From a bacterium (lineage in GTDB: Bacteria; Arandabacterota; Arandabacteria; Arandabacterales; JALGWA01), in NCBI GenBank assembly GCA_050125095.1, contig JASFEA010000023.1:1-28786 (forward strand): a stretch of DNA of 28,786 bases, given 5' to 3'. Made by a program: the position numbers and the translations under genes. The notes under the pieces were generated by a model. The model made no database searches. It was not told where the DNA came from and saw nothing but the letters and a program-made list of their open reading frames with translations. This document shows positions 1 to 8,155 of this stretch, one piece after another. The first letter of the stretch is position 1; each line of letters starts with the position of its first letter.

Positions 1-113
1 GCAAAACAGCCTGTCCAGGAAGACCATGGTGCTGCGCTAGGGAGCCATTCCGCACTCACCATACGCTACGCTTCTTAGGGTCCCCGCTCCACGATGCTGA
101 ACCTGGCCGTCAA

Positions 114-209
114 CGCGGAGGTCCCCGTCTGTGCATCTCAAGACCTGACCCCTCGATTTTGCGCGGAGGTCCCCTTCTGTGCATCTCAAGACCTGACCCC
201 TCGATTTTG
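114..209. repeat. 48-bp tandem direct repeat, 2 copies (114-161, 162-209)
   Basis: CGCGGAGGTCCCC(G/T)TCTGTGCATCTCAAGACCTGACCCCTCGATTTTG occurs twice, 47/48 identical. Confidence 0.95.
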
Positions 210-230
210 TGCATTTTGAGACCTGACCCC
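208..230. repeat. Third, partial copy of the repeat core
   Basis: TGTGCATTTTGAGACCTGACCCC matches the core TGTGCATCTCAAGACCTGACCCC at 20/23 positions. Confidence 0.85.
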
Positions 231-401
231 CGCTGGTGCGGTGGGGCGCCGGTGGGATGCGCCTCGCGGCGGCCCAATTGCGTTATAGTGCATAAGCACT
301 TATAAACGACATCCTGTCCTCATCGACCTTGCTCCTATCTCTCTATTTCTCAATGTACTAGCAAAAAGTGACCTGAATTTACCCATATTTGCATATTTTT
401 C

Positions 402-430
402 TTGACAGGGGTTGGGGCTGGTGGTAGTTT
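402..430 (+). promoter_or_regulatory. Sigma70-type promoter of the dcw operon
   Basis: TTGACA (402-407), 17-nt spacer, TGn-extended -10 TAGTTT (425-430), with an AT-rich tract upstream; ends 55 nt before the mraZ ATG. Confidence 0.75.
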
Positions 431-442
431 CGCAACGTTGCG
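431..442. promoter_or_regulatory. Perfect 12-bp palindrome, putative operator
   Basis: CGCAACGTTGCG is its own reverse complement and sits directly after the -10, over the expected transcription start. The function is inferred. Confidence 0.4.
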
Positions 443-447
443 GCACG

Positions 448-465
448 AAGTGGGACTAAGTGGGA
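448..465 (+). promoter_or_regulatory. MraZ-binding direct repeats
   Basis: AAGTGGGA at 448-455 and 458-465 (10-nt period) just upstream of mraZ, matching the known (G)TGGG repeat boxes for MraZ autoregulation. Confidence 0.75.
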
Positions 466-485
466 TATCAAGGCAAGGTTGATCA

Positions 486-965
486 ATGTCATCGTTCTAC
501 GGTGGTTACGTTCACACGGTAGATGCTAAAGGCCGCTTTAGCATCCCCGCCCAGATTCGGAACGGACTGTCGGAGTTTGCCCGAAACACATTCGTCGTAC
601 TCCCGGGCCCGGACGGATGCCTGGCAGCTTACCCTCTGGACGAGTGGCAGGATCGCGAGAAGTTCATGCGGTCCTTCCCGGAAGCGGATGTCAGCAGGTA
701 CTACATGAGGGTGGCTCTTCGCAGGGCGCGTCACTGCAGGATGGATGGACACAAGAGAGTTCTCATTCCGCCCGAGCTCCTGGCGACGGTCAGCATCGAG
801 GATTCCGTGCTCATAATCGGCCAGCTTGACCATATTGAGTTCTGGGATCCCGCGGCCTATGAGGAGTATGAGAAATCAAGGGGCATCACCCCGGAAGAAG
901 CTCTCGAAGAGATCACCAGGCGTATGACGGATCGCGGCCCAGCGCGGGGCCGGGATGACCGATAG
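486..965 (+). CDS. mraZ: Division/cell wall cluster transcriptional repressor MraZ
   Basis: Two SpoVT/AbrB-like halves (DAKGRFSIP, DGHKRVLIP) and IIGQLDHIEFW; first gene of the dcw cluster. Confidence 0.95.
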   Translation: MSSFYGGYVHTVDAKGRFSIPAQIRNGLSEFARNTFVVLPGPDGCLAAYPLDEWQDREKFMRSFPEADVSRYYMRVALRRARHCRMDGHKRVLIPPELLATVSIEDSVLIIGQLDHIEFWDPAAYEEYEKSRGITPEEALEEITRRMTDRGPARGRDDR

Positions 966-1914
966 AGACGAAGTCGAGGGAAGGGGCGAGCGGGCATGTC
1001 ACGTTCCGGTAATGGTTGCCGAGACAAAGAAGTTCCTGATCACTCCCTGCACGCAGGTGATCGTCGACGCCACCGTCGGATTGGGCGGGCATGCCGAAGC
1101 GATTCTGGAAGCCGCCCCCGCTAGTTGTGTACTCGTGGGAATAGATCTTGATGATGACGCACTCAGCTTCACTGCAGGCAGGCTCGGACGGTTTGGAGAG
1201 AGAGTGGTGCTTATGAAGATGAACTACGGCGACCTTTCGGGCAGGATCCCGTCACGGTTTGGGGGAAGGGTCGACGGGTTGCTGGTTGACTGCGGAATCT
1301 CCGGGCTCCAGATCGTCACATCGGATAGAGGCTTCAGTTTCGACAGGGAAGGTGTCCTGGACATGAGGTTCGACCGCCTCGCGGGGGAAACAGCCGGCGA
1401 GCTTCTGGGGGCCATGGACCTTAAGGGACTGACTGCTCTCCTCAGGGAGTTCGGCGAGGGCAGGCTGGCGAAGAGAATAGCGCGTTCGATCCTCGATGCG
1501 AGAGACGGCGCCGGCCTCATCACTACGCTGGACCTCTCGCGCGCGGTGAAGGCGGTGGTCAAACAGAGGCCCGCCAGGTCGCTGGCCAGGGTCTATCTGG
1601 CTCTGCGAGCCACCGTGAATTCGGAACTCGCCGGCCTGGAGAGGCTCATGGAATCGCTTCCGGTCCTCATGGGGAAAGGCGGGAGGGTCTGTGTTATTAC
1701 GTACCACTCCCTTGAAGACCGCATCGTGAAGCGTGCCTTCCGGAGGCTGTCCGGCGAGTGCGTGTGCCCGCCGGGTATGCCGGTATGCAGGTGCGGCAGG
1801 GTTGAGGTTTTTAAGGTACTCACGCCCAGGCCGGTTACGCCGCAGCCTGAGGAGGTTAAAGCGAATGTCTCCGCCCGCAGCGCGAAGCTGAGGGCGGCAG
1901 AGAAAATCGGATAG
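955..1914 (+). CDS. rsmH: 16S rRNA (cytosine1402-N4)-methyltransferase RsmH (MraW)
   Basis: HVPVM, DATVGLGGHA, RGFSF, LDMR, ITYHSLEDRIVK, CVCPPGMPVCRC and RSAKLR motifs; follows mraZ. Confidence 0.97.
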   Translation: MTDRDEVEGRGERACHVPVMVAETKKFLITPCTQVIVDATVGLGGHAEAILEAAPASCVLVGIDLDDDALSFTAGRLGRFGERVVLMKMNYGDLSGRIPSRFGGRVDGLLVDCGISGLQIVTSDRGFSFDREGVLDMRFDRLAGETAGELLGAMDLKGLTALLREFGEGRLAKRIARSILDARDGAGLITTLDLSRAVKAVVKQRPARSLARVYLALRATVNSELAGLERLMESLPVLMGKGGRVCVITYHSLEDRIVKRAFRRLSGECVCPPGMPVCRCGRVEVFKVLTPRPVTPQPEEVKANVSARSAKLRAAEKIG

Positions 1915-1971
1915 AGACAGTGAACCCAGGGGCGCAGGAGCGACCGTCTCCGGTGCGCAGGAATCCGTAAA

Positions 1972-2316
1972 ATGCAAGCGCCGCTTCGAAAGGGCAAAGA
2001 AGGAGAGACACTGGGCAGGGCAAATGGAATCAAGCGTACGGGACGGTCGTTCCTTCTGGGTTTACTGCTGGTTGCCCTTGCCGCCGTTTCAAGCCTCTTC
2101 TACACGTGGGAGCGTCTTACGGTGGAAACGCAACTCGACCGCAACTTCGAACTGGAGACCGAGCTGGAAATGGTGAGAAACCAGACGGAGATACTTGCCT
2201 ACGAAGTAGCTGTCCTTGAATGCGCGCCGCGCCTGGAGAACGTCGCGCGCGGAAAACTGGGCATGGACGACCTCAACTGGGAGTTCGTCTACGTGATCGA
2301 GAACAGGGAGGAGTAA
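1972..2316 (+). CDS. ftsL: Cell division protein FtsL-like (start uncertain; in-frame CTG at 2011 also has an SD)
   Basis: Small protein with one TM helix, a coiled coil and RLENVARGKLGM; lies between rsmH and ftsI. Confidence 0.8.
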   Translation: MQAPLRKGKEGETLGRANGIKRTGRSFLLGLLLVALAAVSSLFYTWERLTVETQLDRNFELETELEMVRNQTEILAYEVAVLECAPRLENVARGKLGMDDLNWEFVYVIENREE

Positions 2317-2317
2317 A

Positions 2318-4219
2318 TTGAGACTTACGTCCGCGAGGATGCTTGCGATGTTCGCGGCATTCCTTGTCCTCGCGGGCCTGGTACTGGGCAGGTTCTTTCA
2401 GCTTCAGGTCATAAAGCACGATTACTACCTGCGGATAGCGCAGGGCCAGCAGTACAAGCCCGCGGACACCCTCGCCAGGAGGGGCACGATTTATGACAGG
2501 AACTTGAGGCCCCTCGCCGTCACCCTCCCCGCCATGCACGTCTTCATCGACCCGCATCTGGTCCGCGACCCGGAGGCCGTCGCGAAGGAGATATCAAGGC
2601 GCACCGCCCACACATACAGCGGTGTGCTCAAGCGCATAACCAATACTGACACCTATTTCGTTCCCATCGACAAGGCGCTCGATATAGAAACGGCCCGTAC
2701 GATCAGCGATCTGGGTCTCTGCGGCGTCTGCGTCGTCCCATCCGGGAAGCGCGTGAGACCCCTTAAGGACGTCGGCGCCAACTTCATCGGCGGCTACGGC
2801 GACGACGGCAATTGCCTGACGGGCCTGGAGAAGACGCTGGATGAGGAGCTCAGGGCAAAGCCCGGCAAGAGACGCTACTTCAGAGACGCCCGCGGCAGGT
2901 CCAGGCCCTGCGTGGAAAGCGTCATAACGACGCCGGTGGCGGGGAACTCGGTCGTGCTCACCATAGACGCGGACGTCCAGGTCATGGCGGAGAGGGCGCT
3001 TGCAGAGGGCCTGAGGGCCAATAAGGCCCGGGGCGGATGCGCCCTCATCGTCGATCCTGCATCCGGCGACATCCTGGCGATGGCCAGCAGCCCCAAGAAC
3101 TGCAACTACCCGGTGCGGCAGACCTTCGAGCCCGGATCGGCCTTCAAGATCTGCGTGTTCTCGGCCGCTCTCGACATGGGAGTGGTGGACGATGATGCCA
3201 TGTTCAGGACCGAGAACGGCAAGCTCAAGGTAAAAGGCGGAGTTATCACCGACCTCCATCCCCATGATGTCATGAGCCTGGCCGAGGCGGTCAAATACTC
3301 GAGCAACATCGTCGCCGCGCTGATAGCGCGGGACATCGGGACAGAAGCCTTCCACAGATATGTGCGATCCTTCGGTTTCGGATCCAAGACGGGGATAGAG
3401 CTTGAGGGCGAGTCCAGGGGCATCCTCAACGAGCCCGGCGAATGGAGCGGCCGCTCGCTCGAGACCATAAGCATCGGCCACGAGGTGAGCGTGACCGCTC
3501 TGCAGCTGGCCATGGCCTATGCGGCGATAGCCAACGGGGGCGAGCTCATGAGGCCTCGTATCGTCAAGGCCGTGGTAGATGAGGATATGAATGTGATCAA
3601 GACCTGTAAACCCCGGGTCATAAGGCGCGTTGTAAAGGAGCAGACGGCGCGCAAAGTGGCCGGGCTGTTGAGGGGCGTGGTAGAGGACGGCACCGGCATG
3701 CTGGCGTGCGTCGAGGGCATACCCGCGGCGGGCAAGACCGGGACCGCGGAGAAGGTCATTAACGGCCGTTACAACAGGGACCTTCATACATGTGTCTTCG
3801 CTGGATTCGTCCCCGCGGCCAATCCCAAATACGTATGCGTTGTCGTGATCGACGAACCCAACGGGGTGTTCAGTTACGGTGGCGGCGTGTGCGGGCCGGC
3901 TTTCAGCAGCATGGCGAGTTCGCTTTCGAGAATGGAGAAAGCCTGTCTGCCGTCGAGCTGCCTCATGCTCGCCGGCTCCCGCGAAGTCTCCGACGGCGGC
4001 GCGGAAGCCGCCCTGACGCTCTGGGACGGGAGTGCCAGGGCCAGGTGCCCTTCGGTAATCGGGCTCACACTTAAAGAGGCAAAACGGGTATTCGAAGAAG
4101 CCAGGATACGCTGGCTCTACTCCGGGAGCGGCCGGGTGGTCAAGCAGGACCCGGCTCCCGGCGCTCCCCTTAACTCAAGCAGGCTCTGCACTATACGCCT
4201 GGGGAATGGCAATGGCTAA
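2318..4219 (+). CDS. ftsI: Class B penicillin-binding protein (septal transpeptidase FtsI/PBP3) with C-terminal PASTA-like domain
   Basis: N-terminal TM, RGTIYDRN, SxxK (EPGSAFK), SxN (SSN), KTG (KTGT), PASTA-like PSVIGLTLKEA...GSGRVVKQDPAPG; TTG start with SD GGGAGGA. Confidence 0.93.
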   Translation: MRLTSARMLAMFAAFLVLAGLVLGRFFQLQVIKHDYYLRIAQGQQYKPADTLARRGTIYDRNLRPLAVTLPAMHVFIDPHLVRDPEAVAKEISRRTAHTYSGVLKRITNTDTYFVPIDKALDIETARTISDLGLCGVCVVPSGKRVRPLKDVGANFIGGYGDDGNCLTGLEKTLDEELRAKPGKRRYFRDARGRSRPCVESVITTPVAGNSVVLTIDADVQVMAERALAEGLRANKARGGCALIVDPASGDILAMASSPKNCNYPVRQTFEPGSAFKICVFSAALDMGVVDDDAMFRTENGKLKVKGGVITDLHPHDVMSLAEAVKYSSNIVAALIARDIGTEAFHRYVRSFGFGSKTGIELEGESRGILNEPGEWSGRSLETISIGHEVSVTALQLAMAYAAIANGGELMRPRIVKAVVDEDMNVIKTCKPRVIRRVVKEQTARKVAGLLRGVVEDGTGMLACVEGIPAAGKTGTAEKVINGRYNRDLHTCVFAGFVPAANPKYVCVVVIDEPNGVFSYGGGVCGPAFSSMASSLSRMEKACLPSSCLMLAGSREVSDGGAEAALTLWDGSARARCPSVIGLTLKEAKRVFEEARIRWLYSGSGRVVKQDPAPGAPLNSSRLCTIRLGNGNG

Positions 4220-5705
4220 GACACTGGGTGAGATTCTCAAGAGCTATGCGGTGGTCCATACGGCGGGTTCGCTTGACCGCGCCGTGACGGGCATATGCTC
4301 GGACTCGAGGAAAGTCACCGAGGGCTGTCTTTTCGCTTGCCTCAGGGGCGGCAGCGTCGACGGCCATGAATTCGCTGCGGACGCCGTCCGGCGGGGGGCG
4401 GGAGCCGTCCTGGCCGGCCGCAATCTGGACATCCCCGATCCGGCGACCCTGGTTGTGGTCAGGGACGTACGCGAGGCGCTCGCCTATGCGTCCGCCTCGT
4501 TCTATGACAACCCGTCGCATGAGCTCCGCGTCGTCGGCATAACCGGCACGAACGGTAAGACGACCACGGCTCACTTCGTGAAGGCCATAGTTGAGGCCGC
4601 GGGGGAAAGGGCCGGCGTCATGGGCACTCTGGGCCACTATGTAGGCGACTCCTATGAGAAGGATCCGTTTACCACGCCCGAATCCCCGGAGGTACACCGT
4701 TACCTGAGGTCCATGGTGGACAGCGGGCTCAGCCACTGCGCCATGGAAGTATCTTCACACGCCCTCGCGCTTCATCGCGCGGACTTCGTGGACTTCGACA
4801 TCGTCTGTTTCACCAATCTGACCCGCGACCATCTCGATTTCCATGGGGGATTCGAAGAATACAAGCGGGCCAAGATGTCGCTTTTCGATGAGGCGGCGGG
4901 CGATGCATATGGAGTCAAGAGGAAAGCCGTCATCAACGTGGGTGATGACACCGGAGTCGAAATAGCAAAGACCATCGCCCTGCCGTGCCTGACCTACTGC
5001 CTTGGCAAGGATGCCGATGTCAGAGGTGACATATTGTCCATGGAGAGACACAGTTCCAGACTGAAGGTCAGTCACGCGCAGGGCGCGACCATGATAAAGA
5101 CCTGCCTTCAGGGCAGGATGAATGTCGAAAACGCCCTGGCTGCGTTCGCCATCGGGCTCATGCTCGGTTTCAGCGAGGACGCCATACTCGAGGGGATCGC
5201 CTCCCTCGAGCAGCTCCCGGGCAGGGTGGAGGTCATAAGCGGCAGGGGCCGCTCGGCCGTCGTCGACTACGCGCATACGCCCGACGCGCTGAACCGTCTG
5301 CTCATGGACATGAGGGACCTTACGTCGGGGCGCGTAATAGTCGTGTTCGGCTGCGGGGGCGACCGAGACCGAGGCAAGCGCCCGGAAATGGGCCGCATTG
5401 CGGCGGAGCTCTCGGACCTCGTTTTCATTACCAGCGACAATCCGCGCACCGAAGACCCCTCGAAGATAATAGACGACATACTGGCCGGGCTCCCGGAAGG
5501 TTCGAAATACGAAGTCGAGCCCGACAGGGAGCGGGCCATCGAAAAATCGATAGAGGCCAGCAGGGAAGGAGATCTCATCGTGGTCGCGGGAAAGGGCCAC
5601 GAAGACTACCAGATACTTGGAACAAGGAAGATCCATCTTGATGACAGGGAAATCGTCAGGAAGCTGCTTGGGGACAATGCGAATGCTGAAGCTCAGCATA
5701 GCTGA
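4206..5705 (+). CDS. murE: UDP-N-acetylmuramoyl-L-alanyl-D-glutamate--2,6-diaminopimelate ligase
   Basis: DSRKV, GITGTNGKTTT, TTPE, MEVSSH, FTNLTRDHLDFH, DYAHTPD, FGCGGDRD, AGKGHE; the DNPR motif indicates meso-DAP specificity. Confidence 0.97.
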   Translation: MAMAKTLGEILKSYAVVHTAGSLDRAVTGICSDSRKVTEGCLFACLRGGSVDGHEFAADAVRRGAGAVLAGRNLDIPDPATLVVVRDVREALAYASASFYDNPSHELRVVGITGTNGKTTTAHFVKAIVEAAGERAGVMGTLGHYVGDSYEKDPFTTPESPEVHRYLRSMVDSGLSHCAMEVSSHALALHRADFVDFDIVCFTNLTRDHLDFHGGFEEYKRAKMSLFDEAAGDAYGVKRKAVINVGDDTGVEIAKTIALPCLTYCLGKDADVRGDILSMERHSSRLKVSHAQGATMIKTCLQGRMNVENALAAFAIGLMLGFSEDAILEGIASLEQLPGRVEVISGRGRSAVVDYAHTPDALNRLLMDMRDLTSGRVIVVFGCGGDRDRGKRPEMGRIAAELSDLVFITSDNPRTEDPSKIIDDILAGLPEGSKYEVEPDRERAIEKSIEASREGDLIVVAGKGHEDYQILGTRKIHLDDREIVRKLLGDNANAEAQHS

Positions 5706-7068
5706 AATCGCCCGGGTCGTAGGAGGAGAGATTCACCCTCGGGCCGCAGGGGCCGGCGGCGCCGTCCCGACCGGCCACTCTATCGACACGCGCACGCTTG
5801 AATCGGGCGACCTCTTCTACGCGCTGGAGGGCGAGCATGCCGACGGGCATACCTTCGTAGCCGCCGCCGCGTCCGCCGGCGCGGCCGGCGCGGTGGTGTC
5901 GCGCCCCGTCGAAGGGCCGGCGGCATCGTTCCCGCAGATTGTCGTCGATTCGCCGCTCTCGGCGCTGCAGAGCCTTGCCGTGTACCTACGCGGTCTCGTG
6001 GACATTCCCGTGATCGCCGTCACGGGATCGAACGGCAAGACGACCACCAAGGAGATGATTGCCGCGGTGCTCTCGGGTCGGCTCAATGTGCACAAGAATC
6101 CCGGCAACTACAACAACCAGATAGGCGTACCGCTCACCATTCTCGGTCTCGAGGAGTCCGACGAGGTCCTCATAACCGAGCTCGGCAGCAATCATCCGGG
6201 CGAAATCCGGGAGCTGGCCGGCTGGGCCCGGCCCGACGTGGGAGTGATTACCAATGTCGGCCGAGCGCATATCGGCCTATTCGGGTCTATTGAGAACATA
6301 GTCGAAGAAAAGACCGATCTTCTACGAGTCCTTCCACCCAGCGGCAGGGGAGTTGTGAACGCCGACTCCCCTGCCGTCCTCCAAAAGGCCGGGGAGATCG
6401 AAATCGATATAGTGACTTTCGGAATAGAAGCGCATTGCGATTACCGGGCGACCGACGTCGACACCGGGGCGGGCTCCGGCACGCTCTTCAAGGTTGCAGG
6501 CGTCGAGGTGGCTCTCCGTGCGCCCGGTCTTCACAACGTCTATAACGCGCTCGCGGCGATCGCCGCGGGCAGCCTGTTCGATATAGGCCCCGCCGAGTCG
6601 GCCCGGGCCCTCAGGGACTTCCAGCCGGTCCGCGTCAACATAAGCAGGGAGGGCGACATTACCCTCATAGACGACACCTACAATGCCAACCCGGACTCGG
6701 TGCGCGCCGTATTGAGCGTGCTCATGGGCCTGCCCGCCGGGCGGCGGGTGTTCCTGATGGGGGAGATGCTGGAACTCGGCGATTTTGCTGCGGAGCTCCA
6801 TCGTGAGGTGGGGGGCAGTCTGGCCGGATCGGGCCTGGATTTCTTCTTCGGTGTCGGCGGTGCGGCCTGGGACGCCGTGGACGCGGCAAGGGAGTCGGGA
6901 ATGACCGAAGAAAGGGCGGGTTTCTTCGCCGACAAAGAGACGGCATGTGCTTTCTTAAGTCGTTTTATCAAATCCGGCGACGCCATTCTCGTCAAGGGGT
7001 CGCGGGCGACAGGCATGGACGCCGTGTCGCGCTACATACGCAAAGAGGCAGCGCTGAGGAGGAAATAG
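5677..7068 (+). CDS. murF: UDP-N-acetylmuramoyl-tripeptide--D-alanyl-D-alanine ligase (start probably 5677 or 5683 rather than 5617)
   Basis: IDTR, DGH, VTGSNGKTTTKEM, NYNNQIGVPLT, DDTYNANP, GEMLELG and VKGSR motifs. Confidence 0.96.
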   Translation: MRMLKLSIAEIARVVGGEIHPRAAGAGGAVPTGHSIDTRTLESGDLFYALEGEHADGHTFVAAAASAGAAGAVVSRPVEGPAASFPQIVVDSPLSALQSLAVYLRGLVDIPVIAVTGSNGKTTTKEMIAAVLSGRLNVHKNPGNYNNQIGVPLTILGLEESDEVLITELGSNHPGEIRELAGWARPDVGVITNVGRAHIGLFGSIENIVEEKTDLLRVLPPSGRGVVNADSPAVLQKAGEIEIDIVTFGIEAHCDYRATDVDTGAGSGTLFKVAGVEVALRAPGLHNVYNALAAIAAGSLFDIGPAESARALRDFQPVRVNISREGDITLIDDTYNANPDSVRAVLSVLMGLPAGRRVFLMGEMLELGDFAAELHREVGGSLAGSGLDFFFGVGGAAWDAVDAARESGMTEERAGFFADKETACAFLSRFIKSGDAILVKGSRATGMDAVSRYIRKEAALRRK

Positions 7069-7069
7069 G

Positions 7070-8155
7070 TTGTTCTATCATCTCCTGTATCCCCTGAAAG
7101 AGTATCTCTCGGTACTCAATGTCTTCCGGTACATCACGGTAAGGACCGCGACGGCCACTCTGCTGTCGCTGGTGATATGCTTTGCCCTTGGGCCCTTCAT
7201 CATAAAGACCCTGAGGAAGAAGAACATACTCAACGGGGTCAGGGACGACACGCCCGAGTCCCATGCCGGCAAGAAAGGCACGCCCACCATGGGCGGCGTG
7301 CTCATACTGCTTGCCGTCCTCGTGCCAACGCTTCTCTGCGCCAATCTCACGAACAAGTACGTGCTAATTTGCCTGCTGGCGACGGTGTGGCTCGGGACCA
7401 TGGGTTATATAGACGACTATCTCCGCATCGTGAAGAAGAAACCGAGAGGATTGGTGGGCAAATACAAGATCGCCGGCCAGGCCCTGCTGGGGCTCGTCGT
7501 GGGCACTATTCTGCTGATGTGGCCCGAGAACCCCGAGCTCGCGACGCGCACGACGGTCCCCTTCTTCAAGAACGTTTATCCCAATCTCGACGTACTCTAC
7601 ATACCGTTCGTGATACTGGTCATTACCGGCGCGTCGAACGCGGTGAATCTGGCCGACGGGCTCGACGGGCTCGCCATAGGCATGTTCGGATTCGCGGCGG
7701 CGGCTTTCGCCGGCATAAGCTATGTCAGCGGGCACGCGGTGCTGTCGGACTATCTCAACATACTCCACCTCGGGCAGGCCGGCGAGCTCACCATTTTCTG
7801 CGGGTCGCTGGTCGGGGCGTCGCTCGGGTTCCTGTGGTTCAATGCCCATCCGGCGGGCGTTTTCATGGGCGATACGGGTTCGCTCGCGCTGGGGGGCGCG
7901 CTGGCTACGGTGGCGGTTCTTATCAAGAAGGAGTTTCTCCTGGTTATCGTCGGCGGGCTCTTCGTAGCCGAGGCCCTGTCGGTGATCATCCAGGTGATCG
8001 CTGTGCGCTACAGGGGCAAGAAGGTGTTTCGAATGGCCCCTCTTCACCACCACTTCGAGCTCATGGGATGGCCCGAGTCGAGGATCGTCATAAGGTTCTG
8101 GGTGGTTTCGGCGCTGCTGGCGCTCGTCACGCTGAGCACACTTAAGCTGAGATGA
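7070..8155 (+). CDS. mraY: Phospho-N-acetylmuramoyl-pentapeptide transferase
   Basis: KKGTPTMGG, GYIDDY, SNAVNLADGLDGLA, FMGDTGSLALG and MAPLHHHFEL; multiple TM segments; TTG start with SD GAGGAGG. Confidence 0.98.
   Translation: MFYHLLYPLKEYLSVLNVFRYITVRTATATLLSLVICFALGPFIIKTLRKKNILNGVRDDTPESHAGKKGTPTMGGVLILLAVLVPTLLCANLTNKYVLICLLATVWLGTMGYIDDYLRIVKKKPRGLVGKYKIAGQALLGLVVGTILLMWPENPELATRTTVPFFKNVYPNLDVLYIPFVILVITGASNAVNLADGLDGLAIGMFGFAAAAFAGISYVSGHAVLSDYLNILHLGQAGELTIFCGSLVGASLGFLWFNAHPAGVFMGDTGSLALGGALATVAVLIKKEFLLVIVGGLFVAEALSVIIQVIAVRYRGKKVFRMAPLHHHFELMGWPESRIVIRFWVVSALLALVTLSTLKLR

Noticed and set aside
1..113. Minus-strand gene start (MVFLDRLFC...) or c-di-AMP (ydaO)-like riboswitch from GAGCGGGGACCC
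   Set aside because: Only 9 codons are visible with no clear SD, and the other ydaO consensus elements are missing.
114..230. CRISPR array
   Set aside because: The sequence between the first two cores is itself repeated, the third copy has almost no spacer, and there are no cas genes in the window.
283..310. dif/Xer site (GTGCATAA...TTATAAA)
   Set aside because: The central region between ATAA and TTAT is 4 nt rather than 6, and the XerD arm TTATGTTAAAT is not matched.
924..969. MTDR peptide appears both near the mraZ end and at the rsmH start
   Set aside because: The nucleotide match is short and partial; at most a trivial relic, with no sign of programmed frameshifting.
7177..8145. 322-aa alternative-frame ORF over mraY, and the many long antisense or overlapping ORFs in the track (for example 2594-3787, 16190-17164, 24062-25438)
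   Set aside because: They are shadows of well-supported genes with Arg/Gly/Ala-rich or motif-free translations, as expected from stop-codon scarcity in high-GC DNA.
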